This document shows positions 22,186-34,285 of a DNA stretch of 64,000 nucleotides, piece by piece. Location: assembly GCA_963812605.1 (NCBI GenBank), contig CAWEWF010000006.1, positions 288,001-352,000 on the forward strand, read 5' to 3'. Below the pieces are notes generated by a model, which was given only the letters and a program-made list of their open reading frames with translations, was not told where the DNA came from and ran no database searches. How positions within the stretch are numbered: the stretch's first letter is position 1; each line of letters opens with the position of its first letter. The DNA is from an uncultured Verrucomicrobiae bacterium (GTDB taxonomy: Bacteria > Verrucomicrobiota > Verrucomicrobiia > Palsa-1439). The position numbers and the translations under genes are program-made.

Positions 22186-23632
22186 TCTTCGGCGTAGCGT
22201 TCAAATTGCGCGCGTTCTTCGTCCGGATTCCAACCAAGCAACGGCGCCATCACGTGAGCTACTTGCAGGGCGATCTCCGGTCCGCCGGCCCGGCTAACGC
22301 GAGCCGGGTGCGCCGCCGCATGACATCGCCAAGCGTGATGGCCATCTCCTGTTCGCACGCGTGGATAATATCGCTGGCGAACACGGTTGGCGAATTCGAG
22401 ATTTTCTCGCCGGCTGGATGCGGGACGGTGATTTGGCAATGGGACTTCCGCGGTGCTGGCACGGCCTGGCTGTCACGTTGAGAATCTTGACGGCCACATC
22501 AACCGTCTGTTGCGCGATGGCACGAAAGGTTGTGTATTTGCCGCCCACGATGCTCAACAGGTTTTGCCCATGACGGACGATGCGATGTTCGCGTGAGCGT
22601 GCCGACGGCGACGCGAATCCGAGGCCAGCAGCGAGCGTACGCCGGTAAAGGTCGTGGCGATCTCCGCCTCGGACAGGGGCGCGCCGGGAAACAGCGCCCG
22701 GACTTCAGCCAGTAAATACTCCACGTCGGCCCGCTCGGCGCGGGCGCTGTCGGGATCGCCGTGGAACTCCGTGTCCGTTGTTCCCACCAACGAGTAATCG
22801 CCCCACGGGATCACAAAAAGCACACGCCCATCACGGCGGGCTTGAAAAGCAATGGCGTGATCCCGAGTGAGTCGGGGCAACACCAGGTGGACGCCCTTCG
22901 TCGGGCTGAGGCGCGTTGTGTCGCCATCGAAAGGTGTGAGCGTGCGCACCTGGTCGACCCATGGTCCCGCCGCGTTGATAAACACCGGGCCGTCACCTCG
23001 GAGGTACAGGAACCGACTTCGTCGCGCACGCGCGCCGCGACGATGCGGTCTTCGCGGGTAACGAAACCCGTGAGCGCACAGTAGTTGAGGCAGACCGCCC
23101 CGAGTTCCGCGGCGTGAAGGATGTGGTCGACACAGAAGCGTGCGTCGTCCTCCTGGCAGTCATAAAACATGACGGCACCCCGTAACCCATCGCGGGACAG
23201 TGACGGCTCGGTTTCCAGGGCGAGTTTTGCGGAAAGCGTGCGGTGAGGCGCAACGTTACGGTAAAGCGCGAGCCAATCGTACAGCGTCATTCCGAGGCGC
23301 AGTTTGGCCAGGGAAAGCGGTCCGTCCTTGTAAATCGGGAAAAGAAACGGGAGGGGCTGCACGAGATGCGGGGCGATCCGCCGGAGGATGCGTCGCTCGC
23401 GGCAGGCCTCGAAGACCAGCTTGAAATCGCGCTGCTGGAGGTAGCGAAATCCCCCATGAATCAGCTTGGAGGAACGGCTGGAAGTGCCACTCGCGAAATC
23501 CGACTTTTCGATCAGCCCCGCGTGGAGTCCGCGGAGCGCCGCATCGCGCGCGACGCCCGCTCCAAAAATGCCTCCGCCAATAATCAGGATGTCAAAGTAC
23601 CGGTCGGACAGTGCCGAAATGTCGCGATTCAT
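22164..23632 (-). CDS. glpD: FAD-dependent glycerol-3-phosphate dehydrogenase (frameshifted)
   Basis: IIGGGIFG, DFASGTSSRSSKLIHGGFRYL, INAAGPWVD, GTTD, GGKYTTFR. Confidence 0.9.
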
Positions 23633-23912
23633 TACAAGTCCTTGAAATATAGCAGCTAAGAGTGGAATTGTCTCGGCTAAACCGACTGCTTTTCCCCAAA
23701 AATCGCGTAAGTCTCCTCGAGAAAATTCTTACCGCTAAAGCGTGCATCCGGCGGGTATATTTAGCCGCCAGCAGTCGTGGATTCATGTCGCAACGCTGTC
23801 TGGTCATCAGCTACAATCCTCTGGATTTTCTCTCAGCGCGCGCTAGAATATTTCCAGGTCCCAGGAGGCGTCTTTCGGACAGCACGACCAGCTCGGCACA
23901 CCGTTTACTGAC

Positions 23913-24749
23913 ATGAAAGAGTATTTGGATTTGGTAAGGCTCGTGCTTGACCACGGCAAACTCAAAAAGAGCCGCACGGGGATCGACACGATTTCCTGGT
24001 TCGGCGCCCACTACTCGGTCGATCTGTCCCGAGGGTTTCCGTTGCTGACCACCAAGGAAGTCAACTGGACGGCGGTGTTGCGCGAATTGCTCTGGTATCT
24101 CTCCGGCGAAGATCACATACGCAACCTCCGCCAGCACACCAAGATTTGGGATGCTTGGGCCGATGCCGACGGCAATCTCGAAACCGCCTACGGCCGTTAT
24201 TGGCGGCGGTTCCCCCACCCCTACCAGGAGCCGGCGGTCAATGGCAGGTGCGCGAGGTGGATCAAATTCAATTCGTTATCGACACGCTGCGAAAAGAACC
24301 CTACAGCCGTCGCATGGTCGTCACCGCCTGGAACCGGGCAACGCTGAGACCAGCAAGCTTCCGCCCTGCCATTACAGCTTCGTGTTCAACGTGCAGGGGG
24401 ACCGGCTCAACTGCCACCTCACGCAGCGTTCAGGCGACATCGCCCTTGGCATCCCCTTCAACCTGGCCTGCTACGCCGCGCTCACGCAAATGATCGCGCA
24501 GGAGGTTGCTTGCGGGTCGGGTTCTTCAGCCACACCATCGTCGACGCCCACATCTACACTGCCGCGCGGGACAGCGGCCTTGCCGAATACGACCACGTAC
24601 CGGGGCTGCGCGAACAACTCAAGCGCGAGCCGTGCGCCCTCCCCCACCTGGTGATCGCCAAGAAGCCGTTTGACCAATTGCAATTCGAGGACTTTCAACT
24701 GGTTGACTATCATCCGCAGCCGAAGATCAAATTCAAAGTGGCTGTATGA
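23913..24749 (+). CDS. thyA: Thymidylate synthase (frameshifted)
   Basis: RTGIDT, FPLLTTK, ELLWYLSG, LPPCH, QRSGDIALGIPFN, DAHIY. Confidence 0.93.
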
Positions 24750-25231
24750 AGATTGCTCTCATCGTCGCTATCAGCGAAGACGGTACGATAGGCGACAAAG
24801 GCAAAATCCCCTGGCATATCCGCGAAGACCTGCAACGCTTCAAGCGACTCACCATGGGCCACCCCATTATCATGGGACGAAAAACCTATGAATCCATCGG
24901 CAAACCACTTCCCGGTCGCATTAACATCGTCCTCACCCAGAACCCAAACTTCACAGCGCCACCCGGAGTGCTCACGTTTGCCAGCCTCGAAGCCGCTCTC
25001 GACCACTGCGGCAAGCAGAATGCCGAGTCCGTCTTCGTCATCGGCGGCAGCAAGGTCTATCAACTAGCCCTTCCGCTGGCCGACAAGTTGTTTGTGACCG
25101 AAGTGCACCAGCACGTCAACGGCGACACCAAGTTTCCCGACTATGATCGGCACGAATGGAAAGAAACCGCTCGGGAAAAAGGGCCGGAGTGCTGGTTCGT
25201 TGAATATGTACGAAGTCGCGCGACAACGTAG
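24746..25231 (+). CDS. folA: Dihydrofolate reductase
   Basis: IPWHIREDLQRFK, IMGRKTYESIGKPLPGR, VIGG; ATGA overlap with thyA. Confidence 0.95.
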   Translation: MKIALIVAISEDGTIGDKGKIPWHIREDLQRFKRLTMGHPIIMGRKTYESIGKPLPGRINIVLTQNPNFTAPPGVLTFASLEAALDHCGKQNAESVFVIGGSKVYQLALPLADKLFVTEVHQHVNGDTKFPDYDRHEWKETAREKGPECWFVEYVRSRATT

Positions 25232-25285
25232 TACAAATCCCCTGTTGAAAAGGCAGCGAGTGGCGCGTATAAGTTTCACAGATAC

Positions 25286-26612
25286 ATGAAACCGACCGAT
25301 CTCCGAGGTATCCTCCATTACGTCCCGCAATTCCGGGAACGGGTCTTCCTCATTGCGGTCGATGGCTCAGTCGTGGCGGATGAGAATTTCGGCAACCTGC
25401 TGCTCGATATTGCCGTCTTGCGCAGCCTGAACATCCATATCGTGCTGGTCCACGGCGCGGGCCATCAGATTAAGCTGTTGTCGGAACGCCTGCACGAGCC
25501 GATCTCCAACCATGACGGCACAGGCGTGACTGATGCCGCGACGCTCAGCATCGCCATCACCGCCGCCACGAATGTCACCCACGAAATTCTCGAGGGCCTG
25601 AAACTTAACGACATTCGCGCAGCGCAGACCAACGCAATTGAATCCATTCCGCTGGGGATCATCAAGGGCATCGACCAACAGCATACGGGCAGGGTGCATC
25701 AAATCGATCTCGTCGTTGCACACCCTCCTCGACAAGGGCATCGTGCCTGTCATCCCCCCGCTCGAATTCGACGGCAACGGGCACACCTATCGGTTGAACT
25801 CCGACGCTGTGGCCGTTGAGTTGGCGCGCGAATTGGGCGCGGTGAAATTAATGTTCATCGGCAGCACCAACGGCCTGGAAATCGACGGCAAGCTGGTTTC
25901 GCAAATGTCCGTGAAGGAACTCGAACTCGCCTTGAAAACTTCCGCCGACAAGTTTGTGCCGGAAATGTTGTCCAAGGCCCAGCATGCGCTGCGCGCCTGC
26001 AGGCCGGCGTCCCCCGCGTCCACGTCATCAACGGCAAGGTGGACGAAGGGTTGCTCGCCGAGTTTTTTCCAACGAGGGCATCGGCACGTTGATTTATGCG
26101 AATGAATATCAGGCAGTTCGCAAGGCGCTGCGAAAGGACATCCGCCACAAATGCGTTAATCAAGCCTTGCATCCAGGGCGAAATTGGTCAAGCGCACCCG
26201 CGCGGCATTGACAAGCGCCTCAACGAATATTACATTTTCGAGATCGACAATAATATCGTCGGCCTCGTGGCGCTGCATTCCCAGCCCGACTCGAAAAAGG
26301 GCGAGCTCGCCAGCCTGGCCGTCAGCCCGGCGCACGAACACCACGGCATCGGCACAAACTGATAGTTCGTCGAGAACAACGCGAGAGAAAAACTCGCCGA
26401 GAGGATCTTCTGTCTTTCGACGCAGGCGTTCACGTTCTTCCAGCACAAAGTGGGCTACGCGGAAGGCACGCGGAGGATTGCCGCCCGCGCGGCGCGCGCA
26501 ATATGAACAAAGCGGCCGGAATTCCAAGGTGTTGATCAAGAGCCTGGTGCCGACGTCCTCTTCCTCGGGCATCCCGCCGCGCGAACCGGCGCTCACACCC
26601 ACGGCCGGCTGA
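25286..26612 (+). CDS. argA: Amino-acid N-acetyltransferase / N-acetylglutamate synthase (frameshifted)
   Basis: AAK-like domain (LVHGAG, NSDAVA, FSNEGIGT) followed by a GNAT domain (GELASLAV, R...Y..SGRNSKV). Confidence 0.85.
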
Positions 26613-26680
26613 ACGTCATTCGCGAACCGGAATGCGTGTTCGATCGCCCTTGTCCACGCTCGCCCCAACAACCACTGGCT

Positions 26681-27169
26681 TTAGGCATCCACCTCGTCGC
26701 GCGAGGCGGCGAAGACTTTCTCGGACAGTTGATTCCATTCGCTAAGGATTTGTTGCTGCGAAGTTTCCAGGCGCGCCAGCATCACGAGATCGCGGTTGAC
26801 TTCATTCAGGCGGGAGGCAATCCGACCCGTCACTTCGCCGCGTTGCGTCTGGAGTTCCTTGAGTTGGCCGGCGAACACGACCAGTCGCTTTTGGGCGGGG
26901 ACATCGAGGGCGCTCGCCCCGGTTTCTTCCGCAGACCCGGCCGCTTCTTTGGACGGCGTGGCCCGCGCGACGGATGCGGACGGCTCGGAGCGGGCGGTCG
27001 ATCGCGGCGGCACGATGACATTCGTGCGGCATTGCGGGCAATCGACGATCATTCCCTCGGCGCTCACGTCCACCACGAGACTCTTCCCACAGGAGGGACA
27101 ATCGAAAAGTATATCCTGGTTCGTCACCACAGCTCCGTCCGCGTTGGCTTTCGTTGGTTGCTTGTTCAT
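26681..27169 (-). CDS. Zinc-ribbon plus coiled-coil hypothetical protein
   Basis: CPSCG...CPQC and a C-terminal helical segment. Confidence 0.7.
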   Translation of the reverse strand: MNKQPTKANADGAVVTNQDILFDCPSCGKSLVVDVSAEGMIVDCPQCRTNVIVPPRSTARSEPSASVARATPSKEAAGSAEETGASALDVPAQKRLVVFAGQLKELQTQRGEVTGRIASRLNEVNRDLVMLARLETSQQQILSEWNQLSEKVFAASRDEVDA

Positions 27170-27248
27170 GCAGCACCTGTTCCACCAGAAGGATGCCGCC
27201 AGTACTCAAGCTTTGCAAGTCCGAACATTCCTGCTAGCATCCGCCGCC

Positions 27249-27979
27249 GTGCCAACCAAGCGTCCGCATGTACGGGTCGGTTGCTGCGGCTTTGCGATGG
27301 CGCAGGAGAAATACTTCCAGGCTTTCTCCTGCGTGGAGATCGACTCCAGCTTTTATCAATTGCCCAAGGTCGAAACGGCGGCCCGCTGGCGCGCCGCGGC
27401 CCCACCCGATTTTGAGTTCGCCATGAAGGCGTGGCAGGTCATTACCCATCGCGCCACCAGCCCCACCTACCAGCGCACGCGCCTCGGCGCCGGCGATCGC
27501 GAGCACTGCGGCCACTTCGGGTTCAACCCGACAATCCGCTGGGCCTGGAACGAAACCTTCACCGTGGCCAGGGCGCTCGATGCGCGCCTCGTGCTCTTCC
27601 AGTGCTCGCAAAGTTTCCGCCCGACAAAAGAAAACGTCGCCAATCTGCGGCGCTTCTTCGAGCGTGCCAAGCGCGGCAAGTTTTACATGGGCTGGGAACC
27701 ACGCGGTGAGTGGGATGGGGAGTTGATCGCTTCGTTGTGCCGGGAACTCGACTTGATCCCCGTGCTCGACCCATTCAAACCGAACCGCTTCCGTTGGCAG
27801 GGTCCGCTACTTTCGCCTTCACGGGGTCACGGGTACGCGTCACCGCTATACCAGCGAGGAATGGGCCGGTGCGGACCATCTGCGCGGGACGGCAGCCGAC
27901 CTACTGCCTGTTCAACAACCTGGCCATGACCGATGACGGACAGCGCTTTCAGAAGCTACTGGGCCCATTGGCCCGCTGA
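27249..27979 (+). CDS. DUF72 family protein (frameshifted near 3' end)
   Basis: VGCCGF, VEIDSSFY, FAMKAWQVITH, LFQC..SF, WEPRG, YCLFNN. Confidence 0.85.
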
Positions 27980-28085
27980 ATGAGGGATGACGACGGCGGG
28001 TAGGTAATTGCGCAACCCCTCGGGAGTGGCGTGGCTGTCCACCCTTAGCGAATCAAACCACAGACCCCGCGTAATCAATCTCTTC

Positions 28086-28656
28086 CTAGGAGTTCCCGGC
28101 GCTCCTCGCCAAATCGAAGGCGGTGAACACCTGCAATCGCGCCGCGGGATCGCGCCACGCGTCCATTGGCAAACCCGCCTTCTCGCAAACCATCTCCAGG
28201 GTCTTCGTCGCGTCCCACCCCTGCTCCTGCGCGACCTTCGGCAACAGCAGCGCGTGCCGCCAGCCTTTTTCGACGATGATCCCATGCCGCAAGACATCGA
28301 ACATCCCGGGTTCCGGCAATTCTTCCGGCGGATTCAAGATGGAAATCTCCGTCGTGAGCTCGCCAAGCTCCGGGGGCATGACCGCGTGAATCGGGGATCT
28401 TCCAGAGCAGAGGCAACCGCGGCATCCACGGCGTTTGCCCAGAGTGGCCGCTCGAAATCCATCTTGCCGATGCAACCGCGCAATTCGCCCTGTTTTTCAG
28501 TGTCACAAACACGCCGCGCGGCGCGCGCAGTCCTTCGGTCACTTCGGATTCGGGAATTTTCCACCGTTGTTCCCCGCGCACTGCGGCCTCGATCGTCGCG
28601 CGCACCCACTGCAGCAGTTTCCCCTGCTCGTCACGGTTGATCGGTGGATCGTCCAT
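28086..28656 (-). CDS. AmmeMemoRadiSam system protein A / AMMECR1 (frameshifted)
   Basis: GVFVTL, LRGCIG, EDPRF, EISIL, LLLPKVA.EQGW, CEKAGL. Confidence 0.85.
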
Positions 28657-28737
28657 GTTACGCCTCAGTGCCCCTTGCCCGCCGCTGCTATACTACGACT
28701 GCGTCCCCAACCCGTCAAACCAGGAAGAATACCCAAA

Positions 28738-29228
28738 CTACAGCCCGAGGCCGTCGAATAACTTGCGACCCTCGGTCGTGGCCGGATCCGGCAGAAAATC
28801 CAGCGCGGCGTCCTTCATCGCCTCGACGTTCATCGGGACTTGTTTGCAGGTGGCGCGAACATAAACCTTGCCCTGCTCATCGCGCAACTCGGCTTCCGAT
28901 TCCCAAAGGCGGCCGCGGTCCGTTTTTAGTCGCGCGACACAAACAAGCTTCTGGCCAACGATAACCTTATCGACGAAGCGGACATTGAGTTCCGCCGCGA
29001 GGCAGAATTGCTTCTGGGTCGAGCGGCGGCCCAAAACATGGCTTCATCGAGCACGGTCGCGAGGATGCCGCCATGGACAATGCCGCGAAAGCCCGCGTGC
29101 TGGGGTTGCGCCGTGAAGTCGGCGTGGACTTCGTCGCCTTCACGGTGGAAACGGAGCTGAAGCCCGTGTGGATTGTGCGCGCCGCAGACGAAACAGTCGC
29201 GAGTGTAGGGAAGTTGTTGTTTGCTCAT
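28738..29228 (-). CDS. PaaI family thioesterase (frameshifted)
   Basis: CFVCGAHNPHGLQL, GIVHGGILATVLDEAM. Confidence 0.85.
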
Positions 29229-29749
29229 TTCATGAAAACCCTCAAGAGACGACCGACCAGGTAAATGAAAAACCACGTGGGCAACGCGAAGATCAGGATC
29301 GACTCCAGCGACAGCCAGTTCCACGTCACCAAGCCGACCTGCATCGGGTACAACGTGATCAAGAAGTACCCCGAGAACCGCGTGTGCCCCAGGATCTGGC
29401 ACAACGCGCGGTCCTTTTTGCGAAACCCGAGCACGATGGTGAAAATGCCGAGCCCAACGGCGCAAGCCGCGACGATCCACGCAATCGCCGTGCGATCTTT
29501 GATGCTTCCCAAGTAAGAGCAGAAGCCGAGGTTCGAGAGGTGCATCGCCCAGTTCACCCCCGCCCACAGCATGACGAAGCCGTTGCCCACGGCATGGCCG
29601 AACGACACCTTCTTCCGGTACAGTTCGCCCAGCAGCAAAGAAACGTACAACGGCACAATGCCCAGCCAAACCGCGCCGAAATCCCGAAACGGCGCAACCA
29701 GCAACGCCACCAGCCTGACCAGATGTCCCTCCAACGGCAAGAACCGCAC
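29225..29749 (-). CDS. Hypothetical membrane protein
   Basis: 174 aa with about 5 TMs; stop overlaps the PaaI start. Confidence 0.65.
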   Translation of the reverse strand: MRFLPLEGHLVRLVALLVAPFRDFGAVWLGIVPLYVSLLLGELYRKKVSFGHAVGNGFVMLWAGVNWAMHLSNLGFCSYLGSIKDRTAIAWIVAACAVGLGIFTIVLGFRKKDRALCQILGHTRFSGYFLITLYPMQVGLVTWNWLSLESILIFALPTWFFIYLVGRLLRVFMK

Positions 29750-29910
29750 CTCCTTCCCCCGCTTTCTAGCACAAGAACGAATTCGCGGGCAAGCAGCCTC
29801 TGCCTTGTAGTGCCCCTGATCAACGAATCTTCTTCACTCCCGTTGGACGTTGAAAGTTGAACGTCGGATGTTAAATCCATTCCCTTCTCCCCAGTGGTTT
29901 CGTTTTCCTC

Positions 29911-30011
29911 CAAACGAACCCGATTCACCTTTTGCGCATTCCCGTCGTAACTCCCCTCTGTATATCGGGTTACAACGAAAATCGCATCACGACAAATCGG
30001 GTTCGTTTCGC
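29911..30011. repeat. Inverted repeat AAACGAACCCGATT...AATCGGGTTCGTTT
   Basis: 14-bp perfect arms about 70 bp apart in a long intergenic region. Confidence 0.7.
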
Positions 30012-30559
30012 AGAAACACATGTTTTGGGCGTTCCCCTGTCGCAAGGCCTCCGCAATCAATCGGGCCAGAGGCCGTGATTGTAGGGCGCGATGCCTGTCG
30101 TTTAGGTATCGCGCCGCGCCATTCATCAAAATATTGCCTTCTAGCGCAGCTTTGCCGCTCCGTTTGCCGCCCCTTGCCCTTCGACTCGTCCGCCAAATCG
30201 CAGAGCGCGGCGGCGGAAACATCCTAGCAAAGCAGGCTCACGCTTCGATTCATAATTCACGCGCCGACTATACCCATTTCACCATACCCCGTCCAGCAAA
30301 ATTATCGATTTACGATACATGCGCAAAATTTCACGCCGGATCGCATTTGTGCTATGCGGCGCGTTTCAGGCACAGCCATCAGATTCGAGCCCGCGCTGGA
30401 GTTAAGCAAGATTATAACCTTGAACTCGTTTGCCAAAACCCCGGATCCCGGAGAAGAGAACAATGATGATGTCAGTGGGGGCGTAGGCCAACTGGCAAAC
30501 TACCGGGCCATACGTCTTGGTGCGGTGCGAGCGTCTATAGGCAAGTCATTTGATGGTGT

Positions 30560-31204
30560 TCAATTGACTGCTTTAGCGATTTTCTTGTCCAGTTGGTAAT
30601 TCACGACCTGGCAGTATTCACGAAACTGGCCGGCGTGATCGCGATTGCTCCACCGATTCCTCTCAGCCAGAAGGAAAGCTTTTGTCCAATCTCCATCCGG
30701 TCTTCGCTTGCGCAAACTGGCCAGCGCCCCATCCCAAACAGCCTTCCGATTTTCGCATATTCTTTGCAAATTTAGGTTTAAGACCTTATCCAAATCGTTG
30801 TTGATTCTGGCGTCATCAGAATAAATCACGCCGTCGGCCTGGTACTTGATGAGTACTTCACAGTTGTGCGCTGAATTTGCTGGATGAATTGTGATGTCGT
30901 CATCTCCTTTTTGCGTGTCGCAGTGCTGGAGATGCTTCGCTGCCCCTTCACCTCCATCGCACGCAGCCAGAAGATTTTGGTATTCCAATTGTCTGTCCGG
31001 ATGCTTGTGCCGACACGCCCAGTGCTCAATTTTCATATTCTCGGTAGTAATGCGTCTCATGCAATAGCAGCAGATCCTGCCGTGTTCCGTGAGCAGAGCG
31101 TCGCGCAATTCGTCCTTCTCAGCGTAGTTGTCGAAATTGGAATTCGGTTGCTTGCGATGCTCGATCAGAGATTGCGGCTCATGGCCCTTTATGATGTGCT
31201 TCAT
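30560..31204 (-). CDS. ptuB: HNH endonuclease, Septu/retron PtuB-like
   Basis: ICCYCMRRI, IEHW, YQNLLAAC, HCDTQKG, LNLN. Confidence 0.8.
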   Translation of the reverse strand: MKHIIKGHEPQSLIEHRKQPNSNFDNYAEKDELRDALLTEHGRICCYCMRRITTENMKIEHWACRHKHPDRQLEYQNLLAACDGGEGAAKHLQHCDTQKGDDDITIHPANSAHNCEVLIKYQADGVIYSDDARINNDLDKVLNLNLQRICENRKAVWDGALASLRKRRPDGDWTKAFLLAERNRWSNRDHAGQFREYCQVVNYQLDKKIAKAVN

Positions 31205-32471
31205 GACCCCTCCGCAAATGCAATCATAGACCGGGCGCGAAGGATCTCTGGATCGTCTTCACCAAGGAGTCTTCCAAGTTCCCCAAGCTCCTCCTTTGCG
31301 CGTGCCACTTTATCCTCATCAATGAGCCTGAAGCATTGCTTTAGGCGCTCCTTGATCTCATCCGGCCGGTCTAGAACGGCCATCACATCGAACAGCAGCG
31401 AGTTGGCATCACGTCCGAACGTATGGGGCTTATTCTCAAGCAGCTTAAAATCCTCAATCAGGAAAGCTTGCTCCCGCGGCAAATAGCTAAGCACCAATGG
31501 CGAGTGGGTGCTGACGATGAACTGACACTTCGTGAAGGTGCGCTCCAGTGCGGGAATGACCATGCGTTGCCATTGTGGGTGAAGATGCAAATCCACTTCG
31601 TCAATCAGTACAACCCCTTCGCCGTCTAGCGGATTGCGTAATGAAGGATTGGCAATAGCCAACCGGCGCGCCAAATCGCCCGCCATAGCCAACAGACATT
31701 TCTCGCCATCGGACAATTGGTTGACGACCAACTCTTTCCCGTGTTTCTCGATGGTCATCCGCAATAGTGGATGCCGCCGCACCCGGGGGTTAACAAACCC
31801 GGGTAGCATTCTCTCAATCGCGGTTCGCACAGCGTTTAACTGCCTGTCCCTTCCGTATTTTCCTTGTGCCTCCCGCGCGACATTCCCGCCTTTCGCCGCC
31901 ACATCACGAATCCCTTCGTTCTCAATGTCCTCACGGCGTCTGAACCACTCAAAGAAGATTCGGAAGTCGTTCCGGGTCCCGGTGAGTGCCTGATCATACG
32001 CGGCCAATTGATCGAATTCGTGCCGAGCGCGAATGCGCAATGGGATATCCAAAACCGCACGATTCACATGATAGTAAGTTGCTACCGGATATTAGTGTCG
32101 GGTTTTATCTCCCCAAACCAATCGACAACATTCTCCAAGTCAGGGAGATTCGTGATCGATTGCGTTCTGCTGCTGTGCCGTCTCCTCGTCACTCTCCACG
32201 TCATCAATCGATCGCGGAGACTTACTTCAATTGAATTGCGGGTTTCGAGCGCCTCGTTGCGGATATCCTGTTCGGAAAAATAACGCCCCGTGCCCTTGGA
32301 CGTGCGAATGCGCCCGATCAACCGGGAAAGCAGGATGGCCGTACAGTCTAGAATGCCCGATTTTCCAGCCCCGTTGATCCCGACGAGAACGGAAGTCCGG
32401 GCCTCCGGGAAGTTGAGCGTCATCTTCTCGATTCCCCGAAAATCCTGCATCGTCAATGTCTTAACGCGCAT
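31201..32471 (-). CDS. ptuA: ABC/AAA ATPase, Septu PtuA-like (frameshift near 32085)
   Basis: Walker A GINGAGKS, signature LSDGEK, Walker B VLIDEVDLHLHPQWQR, STHSP; ATGA overlap with the HNH gene. Confidence 0.8.
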
Positions 32472-32771
32472 CTGTTTTCTCCTCTTCCAAAATCTTGGTT
32501 ACTTTAGCCACAAGCTCCTCTTCGGTCAACGCGGCCGGGCCGCGCTCGCGGAGTTTCCTTTGCCATTGTACTTTCTGTAGGTCAGAGGAGATGGTTGCCG
32601 TATCGGTATCGGTTTGCTTGCTCCAAAACGCACATGAGTTTAGCTGTTCACTTGACCTACGGCAAGCGCAAGTCAAGCTTACCGCCTAGTCTCCACATCC
32701 CTTGAACCCGCAATTGCCAACCCCCTTCGTGTTCTTCGTGTCTCCTTCGTGCAATTCGTGGCGCTTCCACT

Positions 32772-32809
32772 TTGACGCCTCCCCTCTCTGCGGGTATACT
32801 CTGCGTGTG
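32772..32809 (+). promoter_or_regulatory. Sigma70 promoter of def, probably leaderless
   Basis: TTGACG-17 bp-TATACT, then 6 nt to GTG. Confidence 0.75.
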
Positions 32810-33424
32810 GTTCTGGAAGTCACCAAATACGGTCATCCGGTGTTGCGCGAGAAAGGCAAACGCATCGAACGCGTCACGCCGGAGATCCGCCAGCTTGCCG
32901 CCGACATGGTTGAGACCATGCGCGCCGAAGACGGGGTCGGGCTGGCCGCGCAGCAGGTGGGCCACGCGCTGATGCTCACCGTCATCGATGTGTCCAGCTC
33001 CGAGCGGCCCTCGCAGTTGATTATCGACGGCGAATCGCTCGACATTCCCACGTCCATGCCGTTGGTCCTGCTGAATCCCAAAATCATCAAGCCTGAAGGC
33101 GAGCAGATCGCGTCGGAAGGTTGCCTGAGCATCCCGGACGTCAATGCCGAAATTCGCCGCGCGGAAAAAGTGACCGTTCGCGCCCAAGGGCTCGACGGCA
33201 AGGAACTGGTTTTCGATTGCACCGGATTGCTCGCGCGCGCCGCGCAACACGAGATCGATCACCTCAACGGCATCCTCTTCGTCGACCGCATGGACGCCGC
33301 CACGCGCGTCAGCCTGGCCGGCAAGTTGAAGAAAATGCAGAAGGAAACGCTGGCCCAGCTTGCCAGGACCGCGAAACCGCGGCGCACGCTTGCCCCGACC
33401 AGATCGGGGCTAGTGCGCTCGTGA
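32807..33424 (+). CDS. def: Peptide deformylase
   Basis: GVGLAAQQVG, EGCLSIP, QHEIDHLNG. Confidence 0.95.
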   Translation: MVLEVTKYGHPVLREKGKRIERVTPEIRQLAADMVETMRAEDGVGLAAQQVGHALMLTVIDVSSSERPSQLIIDGESLDIPTSMPLVLLNPKIIKPEGEQIASEGCLSIPDVNAEIRRAEKVTVRAQGLDGKELVFDCTGLLARAAQHEIDHLNGILFVDRMDAATRVSLAGKLKKMQKETLAQLARTAKPRRTLAPTRSGLVRS

Positions 33425-33466
33425 GCCGTCCGAGGCCGTCATCCTGAACGAAGTCCGGCACCGAGT

Positions 33467-34276
33467 ATGAAATTCCTGCGCTCTGTCATCGCGTTGTGCA
33501 GCGGCTTCGCCACCTATCGCCCGTATCGCGACCTGCCGGTCACCACCTCCTTGAAGCATCTGCTCAAACTGATGACCCTGCTGGCGCTGGTGCTGGCCAT
33601 CTGCGCCGTCCCGGCCATTCGGGATGGAATGGATAAATTCGCGCAGCGCTTTGACCAGGGTCGCCCCGATTTTTCCGTTCATGACGGTAAGATCGTGACC
33701 CAGGCGCAACAACCCTATTCGTGGGGCGACGACAATCTGCGTTTCATCCTCGATACGACGGGTGCCGTGACCACCCCCAACTCCAACTCTGCGTATGGCG
33801 TGCTCTTCACCGCCGATAGCTTTCTGTACTGGATGACATTGACCAACGGACCGACTCCCGTCGTCAGCGCCCGCCCGCAAAGCCTGCGCGGATTCCCCGA
33901 TGGCCTTGTCGACGGCCAATATTTCCGCAATCTGACCCGCGCCTTGCTCTGGCTGGTGGTGCCGCTCGGGTGGCTGTTCTTCGTGTTGCTGGGAATGCTG
34001 AGTTGCCTGATCCAGGCGTACCTCTTCGCGATGGTGGCCTCGTTCATGGAACGCTCGATGCCCTCGCCGCTGAAGTTGCCACAACTGCTGAATATCGCCA
34101 TCCACGCCTGCACACCAGCCGCCATCGTCGTCACCGTCTACACCGCGTTTCGGCTCCACGACCTGAACCTGTGGATGATCTACCTGATTGTCTACGGCAT
34201 CTTCCTGATCGGCGCCACCAACGCCAGCCGTGATCCAGTGGAAGGAAGAAAACCGCGCGAAGATGATCTCTTGTAG
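33467..34276 (+). CDS. Membrane protein (DUF1189-like)
   Basis: N-terminal TM, PDFSVHDGK soluble domain, C-terminal TMs with ACTPA. Confidence 0.65.
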   Translation: MKFLRSVIALCSGFATYRPYRDLPVTTSLKHLLKLMTLLALVLAICAVPAIRDGMDKFAQRFDQGRPDFSVHDGKIVTQAQQPYSWGDDNLRFILDTTGAVTTPNSNSAYGVLFTADSFLYWMTLTNGPTPVVSARPQSLRGFPDGLVDGQYFRNLTRALLWLVVPLGWLFFVLLGMLSCLIQAYLFAMVASFMERSMPSPLKLPQLLNIAIHACTPAAIVVTVYTAFRLHDLNLWMIYLIVYGIFLIGATNASRDPVEGRKPREDDLL

Positions 34277-34285
34277 GAAACAGCG

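Noticed and set aside
26355-26370. TGA-TAG inside argA as stop-codon recoding
   Set aside because: Local indels explain it, and all other genes use standard stop codons.
30560-32700. Complete retron
   Set aside because: No reverse transcriptase (no YADD-type motif) and no recognisable msr/msd upstream of ptuA.
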